Below, piece after piece: positions 17,851 to 23,631 of a DNA stretch of 27,000 nucleotides. Made by a program: the position numbers and the translations under genes. The stretch's first letter is position 1. Each line of letters begins with the position of its first letter. The notes below the pieces were generated by a model. It saw only the letters and a program-made list of their open reading frames with translations. It was not told where the DNA came from and ran no database searches. This DNA is from a virus (Duplodnaviria > Caudoviricetes): IMG/VR virus record IMGVR_UViG_3300025723_000142, positions 1 through 27,000 of that record; one strand, 5' to 3'.

Positions 17851-17881
17851 AAACACAAACCCCCCTGCCGAAGCAGGGGGG
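17851..17881 (-). terminator. Intrinsic terminator
   Basis: 9-bp stem CCCCCCTGC-TTCG-GCAGGGGGG followed by TTTGTGTTT on the minus strand. Confidence 0.75.
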
Positions 17882-17971
17882 CTCGCATTGCGTTCCTCGG
17901 ACTTTCCGAGGTTCCACACACACACGTAGTCAGCATAGCAGAGAAAGGGGGCGTAGTGAGTGTTCTGTCTC

Positions 17972-18035
17972 CCGCGGAATTGCAATACTCCAGTGTGCGG
18001 AATCCGCGGAATTGGCAGTTAGAAACCTGCGGAAT
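17972..18035. repeat. Two 32-bp tandem units CCGCGGAATTG-N13-TGCGGAAT
   Basis: GCGGAAT occurs at 17974, 17997, 18006 and 18029. Confidence 0.7.
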
Positions 18036-18038
18036 TGC

Positions 18039-18152
18039 CTACTGGTTCTCGGTGGCGGGCTGGTCAGAGATTGGGTCCGACTTGAACTTCTCAGCTAGGG
18101 CCGAGCAACCTACACAATTACACTGCTTACCGCAGCCGCAGACAACACACAT
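18039..18152 (-). CDS. 37-aa Cys-rich, metallothionein-like peptide
   Basis: MCVVCGCGKQCNCVGCSALAEKFKSDPISDQPATENQ. GGGAG RBS 5 nt upstream, with its own promoter candidate at 18180-18208. Confidence 0.6.
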   Translation of the reverse strand: MCVVCGCGKQCNCVGCSALAEKFKSDPISDQPATENQ

Positions 18153-18179
18153 TATTTCTCCCAAGAATGGTCTTTACTA

Positions 18180-18208
18180 ATTGTACCGCCGCGGGAATAA
18201 ATGTTACG
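18180..18208 (-). promoter_or_regulatory. Putative late promoter CGTAAC-N17-TACAAT
   Basis: Third copy of the motif, upstream of the Cys-rich ORF. Confidence 0.6.
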
Positions 18209-18247
18209 ACGAATGAGCTTGCTTTGGCGGCCTCATGGTGTATCATG

Positions 18248-18655
18248 GAGTATCGCCGTTGGAAGCGATCGTGCGTGAAAGTCGCCGCGGAGTGTGAGTC
18301 TAGTAATAGATACTCGCCGTAGTTACCCGGTTAGAGCGGGATTCGGTTGGCGCACCCCAAACACAAACGGTCTAGTTTGTCTTGCACGTATGGCATTGTT
18401 TGGGAGAAACGTCGAGGCTTGCATTTGGCCACAGACAGTCCTTGCGCCGCGCGGTCTGGTATTGCGGCTTCTTTAGAAATGAGATAAACGTTCTTTAGAA
18501 GTGAGGGAAATGCTGGGAGAAATGTCTTAATAAACACTGAACGTAGTTGCTAATTCCTTGAAGCCTACTGATAGTGGATCTGAAGTAGAAACTAAAGCTG
18601 GATTGACAGTACCTTTTGTCTCCAGCCTGGCGGCTGTAGACGGCTTGGCTTTTAT
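18248..18655 (+). ncRNA. Candidate structured non-coding RNA (about 400 nt)
   Basis: Preceded by TTGCTT-N16-TATCAT (18219-18246). Stems GAGTATC/GATACTC, CCCAAACA/TGTTTGGG and GCTGGA/TCCAGC. Ends at a T-run; no credible ORF. Confidence 0.35.
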
Positions 18656-19051
18656 AAAATAACCCCGCTTAGCGAAGCGAGCGCAGCGAGTCGTAGCGTC
18701 TAGAGTCCCTGATGAGCGTAGGTGTGGAGAGAATGACAGTTTACCGTTCTTGGGATAAACAAACGGGCGCGCGGGGCCCGGCTCGGCACAATACCCGTCA
18801 GACTCGCGACCCTCAACGGGCTACGGGCGGGACACTAAAAACGCGGTTCGCGGTGGGAGGGGGCTGTATGGGCGGGCTATACCCCTTCGCTTCATCTCAT
18901 CCCGCGACAACGGGCGGGCCCGATCGAAGACAACGCGATCCGCGACTACATCACCTAAACCGATAGTCTGCCGCGCACCCATCACTAACCTAGATAGCGC
19001 CGAGTGCGGGGCCCTATCTCTAATCGTGATAGCACCTATCTCTCTAAATAG

Positions 19052-19080
19052 TTGCAATTCTCCCCTAGCGCCTGTAGTGT
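19052..19080 (+). promoter_or_regulatory. SigA-type early promoter TTGCAA-N17-TAGTGT
   Basis: Directly upstream of the first plus-strand gene. The same motif recurs at 19994 and 20672. Confidence 0.65.
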
Positions 19081-19119
19081 GTAGTTATTGGCAACGCGCC
19101 AATGATCGAAAGGGAGAAA

Positions 19120-19515
19120 ATGAACTACACCGAAACTGAAACTATCCAAGGGACGTATCTGTCGCTTGGCGAAAAAATTGTGATCCGCGATAACGCGGTG
19201 GAGATTCTCTACACCACCACCACCACGGGCGCGACTGTAATTAGCGACGACACCGCGAACGCGCTCGAAAATGCAATTGGCGGGTTCAATGCGCCATGGG
19301 CAATTACCGCGGACAACTACGCCGAGTGGCTTTCAATCTACAACGCAAAAAACTACCTAATTCACTACTACACCACCTACGGTAACATTAATCACGACGA
19401 GAGCGATTTAGACACCGCGCGTACCATATCGGATTACAATTATGAAGTTCACGCCATCATTGCCGAGTTCACGCGCACCACGTGCAACGCAATTCTAGCG
19501 GGACGGGGTTACTAA
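19120..19515 (+). CDS. Hypothetical early protein
   Basis: Start moved to ATG 19120 (AAAGGGAG RBS). 131 aa. Confidence 0.75.
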   Translation: MNYTETETIQGTYLSLGEKIVIRDNAVEILYTTTTTGATVISDDTANALENAIGGFNAPWAITADNYAEWLSIYNAKNYLIHYYTTYGNINHDESDLDTARTISDYNYEVHAIIAEFTRTTCNAILAGRGY

Positions 19516-19718
19516 TGGCGCGCGCAACCTGCCAAGGGTGTTGGCACCCCGCACCCCGCGGCACTAAGTTAGGCACCTGGAGCGGGTTCGCAACATTCGA
19601 TGCAACCGCGGCTAGCCCTGCACCTAAGTTTAGGCATTGGCGGCTATGCGCACTATGCGCCCGCGAATTAGGCGTAACTCTACGCTACGCCGCGCCCATT
19701 GTGGAGGTGACACAATGA
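19515..19718 (+). CDS. Small protein with CxxC...CxxC
   Basis: MARATCQGCW...CALCAREL. TAATG and ATGA coupling. Confidence 0.6.
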   Translation: MARATCQGCWHPAPRGTKLGTWSGFATFDATAASPAPKFRHWRLCALCARELGVTLRYAAPIVEVTQ

Positions 19719-19933
19719 CGCGCCGCCAACGCCGCGAGGCTCGCCGCCTACGCGCCTACACTATCGGACTAGGACTAGGACTAATGGTGATGAGCGCGGC
19801 ACTAATCGCGCTACTTATCTACCTAGTGCCAGGTGAGTTCACTTCAACCGTGATCGGGTGCTACATAAGCGCGGGCGTGATGTTTGCGGGATCCGCTTAC
19901 GCGGTAGTGATGGCGGCTCGCGAAGAACTTTAG
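19715..19933 (+). CDS. Small two-TM membrane protein
   Basis: GGAGG RBS before ATG 19715. Basic N-terminus followed by two hydrophobic helices. Confidence 0.7.
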   Translation: MTRRQRREARRLRAYTIGLGLGLMVMSAALIALLIYLVPGEFTSTVIGCYISAGVMFAGSAYAVVMAAREEL

Positions 19934-19940
19934 CAAGGTG

Positions 19941-19992
19941 GCGCGGTGCCGATAAGGCGGCCAACGTAGGTTCGATACCTAACCGCGCGCTA
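19941..19992 (+). ncRNA. tRNA-like (anticodon-less) element, copy 1
   Basis: GCGCGGT | GCCG-ATAAGG-CGGC | CAACG | TAGG-TTCGATA-CCTA | ACCGCGC | GCTA. Confidence 0.75.
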
Positions 19993-19993
19993 C

Positions 19994-20022
19994 TTGCACT
20001 AGTCGCTACTGGCGGCTATTGT
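19994..20022 (+). promoter_or_regulatory. Promoter candidate TTGCAC-N17-TATTGT within a hairpin
   Basis: Matches the 19052 promoter pattern. The spacer is self-complementary (TAGTCGC...GCGGCTA). Confidence 0.55.
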
Positions 20023-20061
20023 AGGTAATAGGGTAGTAACTAAATGATAAGGGATAAAAAA

Positions 20062-20613
20062 ATGTCGGCATATTTAGTAAGTAGTGACACACTAGACCTG
20101 TTGTCTAGTGTTGCGGCGTATTGGCGTGAAAGTCCACACAGTGGCGGCTTAACTGTACGTGTACCGCTAGACACCGCGCCGCTAACTAACCTGGAAGAAA
20201 CTAACGGTGCAAACATTGGCAGTGACGCGCCATGGAGTACAGAAACTATGCACTACACCTGGAGTTATGGCGGCGCGACGTTTAGCGACGTAGGCGCTGA
20301 GCTGTACGCGGGTAATGTCTCCAGTCTTGCGGCGCGCTACTCGGACTATGAAAGCATGATTAACTACACTTGGACTCCTAGCGGTGGTGCTATTTTGCCG
20401 GACTCGGTTAGCGTTGGCGACGTTTTAGGCGCGTTGCGTTGCTACGAATACCAGAGTTGCGAGGTTAGCGGGTGGGAAAATACGTTCACCTATGCATTAG
20501 TGCGCGCTATTGAACGTAAGGTAATCGGCTATTACTCCACAGGATGGGACTACGCGCGCCCGGCAAACTCGGCTAAGGTTATTAGCCTTTACGATATGGC
20601 TAAGGGCCGCTAA
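20062..20613 (+). CDS. Hypothetical phage protein (MSAYLVS...CYEYQSCE motif)
   Basis: Start moved to ATG 20062 (AAGGGA RBS). The motif pattern resembles a recurrent uncharacterised phage family, from recall only. Confidence 0.75.
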   Translation: MSAYLVSSDTLDLLSSVAAYWRESPHSGGLTVRVPLDTAPLTNLEETNGANIGSDAPWSTETMHYTWSYGGATFSDVGAELYAGNVSSLAARYSDYESMINYTWTPSGGAILPDSVSVGDVLGALRCYEYQSCEVSGWENTFTYALVRAIERKVIGYYSTGWDYARPANSAKVISLYDMAKGR

Positions 20614-20618
20614 CGGGA

Positions 20619-20670
20619 GTTAGGCGCGGGTACGGCCGCCTTAGTAGGTTCGACACCTAGCCTAACACTA
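20619..20670 (+). ncRNA. tRNA-like (anticodon-less) element, copy 2
   Basis: GTTAGGC | GCGG-GTACGG-CCGC | CTTAG | TAGG-TTCGACA-CCTA | GCCTAAC | ACTA. Confidence 0.75.
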
Positions 20671-20671
20671 C

Positions 20672-20700
20672 TTGCAATAGCGCCTATTAGGTGCTAGTGT
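20672..20700 (+). promoter_or_regulatory. Promoter candidate TTGCAA-N17-TAGTGT within a hairpin
   Basis: Hexamers are identical to the 19052 promoter. Hairpin TAGCGCCT-ATT-AGGTGCTA. Confidence 0.6.
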
Positions 20701-20748
20701 TAGTAACGGTAGCATGGGGCTACCGGCAATAAGTGAAAGTGACAACTA

Positions 20749-21348
20749 ATGAAATATGAAATTGTATTTAGTCGGCAGTGTTTCGCTGACTTGGCTAGCG
20801 TGGGTAACTTCGCTAGCGGCGATAGCGCGCGGCCGCTGCTGACTGGCGTATTCGTTCGCCAGAATGAGCGCGGCGAGATTACCGCTACCGCTACCGATAG
20901 CTACAAGCTGGCAGTGATCACGCGCGAAGCTGAAGAATTGACGGGAGAGTTCGCGCCCGTCATTATCTCGGCTGACGTGCTGATTCGCGCCGCTAAGGCC
21001 TTTAAAAAGGCCTTTAAGGTTACGGTGTCGGTCGAAGGTGACAACGTGAAGATTAGCGCGCCGCAATTCGATGACGTGTACGGGTGCCGCGTTATTGACG
21101 GTAAGTACCCTGACGTAGATAGTCTCATCCCTAACGCTGGCCGGATTAATGAGTTTGACGGGATTACTCTCAACCCCTGGTTTCTCGCTGACGTGGTGAA
21201 GCTGGCACCCTGGGCCGAGACGCCTAAGAATGGTCGCGGCCGTGAAGGAATGACTATCGCGACAATGGTGGACGCATTGCGCCCTATCCGTATCGAGAGT
21301 AGCGACGCTCGTACCGTGGTCGCCCTGATGCCCATTAGGCGCAACTAA
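20749..21348 (+). CDS. DNA polymerase III beta (sliding clamp, DnaN)-like protein, two domains only
   Basis: DSARPLLTGV, ATDSYKLA, IDGKYPDVDSLIP, LNPWFLAD and C-terminal LMPIR correspond to DnaN central and C-terminal domain motifs. 199 aa. Confidence 0.85.
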   Translation: MKYEIVFSRQCFADLASVGNFASGDSARPLLTGVFVRQNERGEITATATDSYKLAVITREAEELTGEFAPVIISADVLIRAAKAFKKAFKVTVSVEGDNVKISAPQFDDVYGCRVIDGKYPDVDSLIPNAGRINEFDGITLNPWFLADVVKLAPWAETPKNGRGREGMTIATMVDALRPIRIESSDARTVVALMPIRRN

Positions 21349-21641
21349 TGGCGCGGCACCTGAGTTTCATCAGTACCGCGGGCCACGGGTACTTGGTAAT
21401 TCGCGGCGATAGGGCTAATGCTCTATCGTGCGCGACCGGCTACGACTACACTAGCCGCCGCGATGACGTTGTCTACTTGGAGGAGGACCTTAGCGCAACC
21501 CTCTACGTTCGCAACTTCATGACTGAGGATGAGCGCGCCGATATGCCATTCTTCCACCGGGATGAGCTGCCAACGGGCCTAACGCGTATCACTGAGCCGG
21601 GCGCCATTGGTGCCGCGTACATGAAGGGTAAGGGCTACTAA
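21348..21641 (+). CDS. Hypothetical protein (GHGYL...YLEED motif)
   Basis: 97 aa with TAATG coupling at both ends. Confidence 0.7.
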   Translation: MARHLSFISTAGHGYLVIRGDRANALSCATGYDYTSRRDDVVYLEEDLSATLYVRNFMTEDERADMPFFHRDELPTGLTRITEPGAIGAAYMKGKGY

Positions 21642-21820
21642 TGACTACACCTAACATTGTCGGCCGCGATACTGATGGTACTCCATGGGTAACGGTGCGT
21701 TACGTCATTGACGTGCAAGTAATTGCCGAGACTGAAAGTGAAGCTATCTACTTCGCTGATTTGGCTCTAAGGGACAACTTGGACGGTGCCGAGGGGACGC
21801 CGCTGGAAGTAGTGCAGTAA
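21641..21820 (+). CDS. 59-aa acidic hypothetical protein
   Basis: Not in the track. MTTPNIVGRDTDGTPWVTVRYVIDVQVIAETESEAIYFADLALRDNLDGAEGTPLEVVQ; TAATG overlap, AAGGG RBS. Confidence 0.65.
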   Translation: MTTPNIVGRDTDGTPWVTVRYVIDVQVIAETESEAIYFADLALRDNLDGAEGTPLEVVQ

Positions 21821-21826
21821 TGAGCG

Positions 21827-21877
21827 ACTACCGGCCGGGATGGCGGCTAATCGGGTTCGATCCCCGCGGTAGTGCTG
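21827..21877 (+). ncRNA. tRNA-like (anticodon-less) element, copy 3
   Basis: ACTACCG | GCCG-GGATGG-CGGC | TAAT | CGGG-TTCGATC-CCCG | CGGTAGT | GCTG. Confidence 0.75.
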
Positions 21878-21909
21878 CCGGCAAATTGCCGGTGCGAAGG
21901 GAAGAAAAA

Positions 21910-22095
21910 ATGAAAGTAGTTAGAACTTTATTTTACGGGGGCGCGCTGTATGCCGCGTATTCGTTCGCGCGGTTCATCGAGCGTACCGATACCGCGGCGC
22001 TGATTAAAGGTAATAGCTTGGCTGTATGCACGTTCGTTGCCGTAGGCGCGGCGTTGTGCATGTTGATTAGCCTTATGACGGGAGGCATGGAATGA
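21910..22095 (+). CDS. Small membrane protein (61 aa)
   Basis: Start moved to ATG 21910 (AAGGGA RBS). Two hydrophobic segments. Confidence 0.7.
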   Translation: MKVVRTLFYGGALYAAYSFARFIERTDTAALIKGNSLAVCTFVAVGAALCMLISLMTGGME

Positions 22096-22283
22096 ACGCG
22101 TTAGAGATGGCTAAGAATATCGGCCGCGACGGTCACGTGCTGGAGAATGGTCTTTCGTTCATTGTCACCATTAGGGACGTGAGGAATGTCTACGGGAATG
22201 TTCGCTACCTGGTGACACCTAAGGCCGGTTATGGACAAACATGGGTGAACGCTACCCGTGTACGCGTATTGGAGAATAACTAA
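22092..22283 (+). CDS. Hypothetical protein (small beta-rich, SH3-like pattern)
   Basis: GGAGG RBS, ATGA overlap, 63 aa. Confidence 0.7.
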   Translation: MNALEMAKNIGRDGHVLENGLSFIVTIRDVRNVYGNVRYLVTPKAGYGQTWVNATRVRVLENN

Positions 22284-22504
22284 TGACTAAGGGACTAAAA
22301 AAGTGGGCTACGGAGAATGGAGAGTATTGCGGCTACACCTACCGCGGCTACTACATTGTGAAGTCTGACGGAGCTGGGTGGGATGTAAGCCTTATGGGTG
22401 AGGATGGCTATTTTCGCTACCAATTCTGCCGCGACACCTTGCCTGAAGTGACGTCAAAAATTGACAAAGTTCGCACTTGCTGGACACTATCGGAGGATAT
22501 CTAA
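22283..22504 (+). CDS. Hypothetical protein
   Basis: GGAG RBS, TAATG coupling, 73 aa. Confidence 0.7.
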   Translation: MTKGLKKWATENGEYCGYTYRGYYIVKSDGAGWDVSLMGEDGYFRYQFCRDTLPEVTSKIDKVRTCWTLSEDI

Positions 22505-22758
22505 TGAATGGCTACAACCGTTACCAAGACGACAACTACCAAGACGCGCTGGAGGATGCGCGTGCTGAAGTAGAAGCTCAGGAGCAGCAGGAAAAGGCCG
22601 CGGGATGGGTAATTGACGGCCGCGAACTGTGCCGCGACTGTGCGATCGACACTAAGGCCAACGTAACGCCGGGTGCCGAGGCCGTGGTCTACGAGGATTA
22701 TGAGCTGGCACCTGGTGAGTTCTACTACACGTGCGACGTGTGCGGGAAGTTCTTTTAG
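22504..22758 (+). CDS. Acidic protein with CxxC...CxxC
   Basis: Start moved to ATG 22504 (GGAGG RBS, TAATG). Motifs LCRDC...CDVCG. Confidence 0.7.
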   Translation: MNGYNRYQDDNYQDALEDARAEVEAQEQQEKAAGWVIDGRELCRDCAIDTKANVTPGAEAVVYEDYELAPGEFYYTCDVCGKFF

Positions 22759-22759
22759 T

Positions 22760-23086
22760 ATGCGCTCGCCACTATTCAACCTCATCCCTACAACGCTCAA
22801 CGTGTACCGCGCCGAGGATACCGCTGAACTTCGTTCGCTTTACTACAACATAGAAGATCACCTAACAATGGAGGCCGCAATGGCTGATGCAGCAACCCGT
22901 CCAACTCAGCAGTCAAGTGCTGAGACAATGCGCCAGATTATGATGATCAAGCTTTCGGTCATTACAGAATTGGCTCTCGAACATGCGGCTAACGCTCCCC
23001 TCGCATGGAACGTGGGCGATTGGGAGGCGTTTCTTGGCGCGCTTGAGATGGTCAAGAGCATGGCAGACGCCTACAAAGATTTCTAA
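22760..23086 (+). CDS. Hypothetical helical protein
   Basis: Start moved to ATG 22760, 1 nt after the upstream stop. Last gene of the plus-strand cluster. Confidence 0.6.
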   Translation: MRSPLFNLIPTTLNVYRAEDTAELRSLYYNIEDHLTMEAAMADAATRPTQQSSAETMRQIMMIKLSVITELALEHAANAPLAWNVGDWEAFLGALEMVKSMADAYKDF

Positions 23087-23097
23087 GCAACTGGAGA

Positions 23098-23131
23098 ATA
23101 CCCGGCACCGCTAGTTATGGGTGTCGGGTAT
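23098..23131 (+). terminator. Terminator-like hairpin ending the plus-strand cluster
   Basis: 12-bp stem ATACCCGGCACC/GGTGTCGGGTAT (one G-U on the plus strand), 11 nt after the stop. No U-tract. Confidence 0.55.
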
Positions 23132-23157
23132 CGTCATGTATGTGCTACAATGTTATT

Positions 23158-23232
23158 GCTGGTCAAGGGTGCCATCCCCTAGGCGTAATGAGTGCAGTGT
23201 TTTGTCATTTTCCACTGACTCCCCTTGCCAGC
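23158..23232 (+). ncRNA. Candidate small RNA (three-way junction)
   Basis: Extended -10 TGcTACAAT (23143-23151). The closing stem GCTGG(T)CAAGGG/CCCTTGCCAGC begins at the expected +1. Two internal hairpins. Confidence 0.45.
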
Positions 23233-23244
23233 CCCTTCGTTCGT

Positions 23245-23628
23245 TCAATGCTCGCCGCGTACTCGCTTGCGATACTTGGCTACCCTGAGCTTCGCTACTG
23301 CGTTGTATGCGTCCAGACAAGGCTGGCATATGACGTGGTTAGGGTCTTTGAGCTTGCGACGTCGGTGCCAAGCGTGACCGCTTTCGGTGCCATGCTCCGG
23401 GGCCTTACGGTTCGGTGGTTCGTATCCGAGTGACGCGGCAACAATCCGTAATTCGTTATACGACAAACCGCCCCACACTCCCCATGCTTCCCGATATTCT
23501 AAGGCCCATTTGAGGCAATCGGATTTTATGGGGCAGGTAGCGCAGATGTCGCTAGCCTGTTGTGTGAGGCGGTCATTGAAGAAAAGGTCGGTCTTGCCAA
23601 TGCACTTGGCGAGCGACCAATCAGTCAA
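23245..23628 (-). CDS. whiB: WhiB-family transcription factor with C-terminal extension
   Basis: Four Cys (C...CATC...C), DLFF and GVWGG motifs. Confidence 0.93.
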   Translation of the reverse strand: MTDWSLAKCIGKTDLFFNDRLTQQASDICATCPIKSDCLKWALEYREAWGVWGGLSYNELRIVAASLGYEPPNRKAPEHGTESGHAWHRRRKLKDPNHVICQPCLDAYNAVAKLRVAKYRKRVRGEH

Positions 23629-23631
23629 GGT

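Noticed and set aside
17972-18035. Mini CRISPR array
   Set aside because: Only two units with 13-nt variable parts, and no cas genes.
18705-18740. CTGATGAG as a hammerhead ribozyme core
   Set aside because: No stem II and no correctly placed GAAA follow it.
17697-19057. ORF-track calls in the control region (17697-17936, 17767-18180, 18294-18476, 18331-18537, 18712-18966, 18821-19057)
   Set aside because: No convincing RBS or protein-like features, and several cross terminators, repeats or promoters.
19561-19640. Imperfect direct repeat GCAC(C)TAAGTT(T)AGGCA
   Set aside because: Two degenerate copies within a CDS in a CTA/TAG-rich region, with no supporting context.
19941-21877. Calling the three T-loop elements true tRNA genes or decayed tRNA/attP remnants
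   Set aside because: They have no anticodon arm, a 4-bp T stem and no CCA. Three divergent copies with the same perfectly paired geometry argue against random decay, and no integrase is present in the window.
21820-21909. N-terminal extension of ORF 21820..22095
   Set aside because: It runs through tRNA-like element 3, and there is a better RBS and ATG at 21910.
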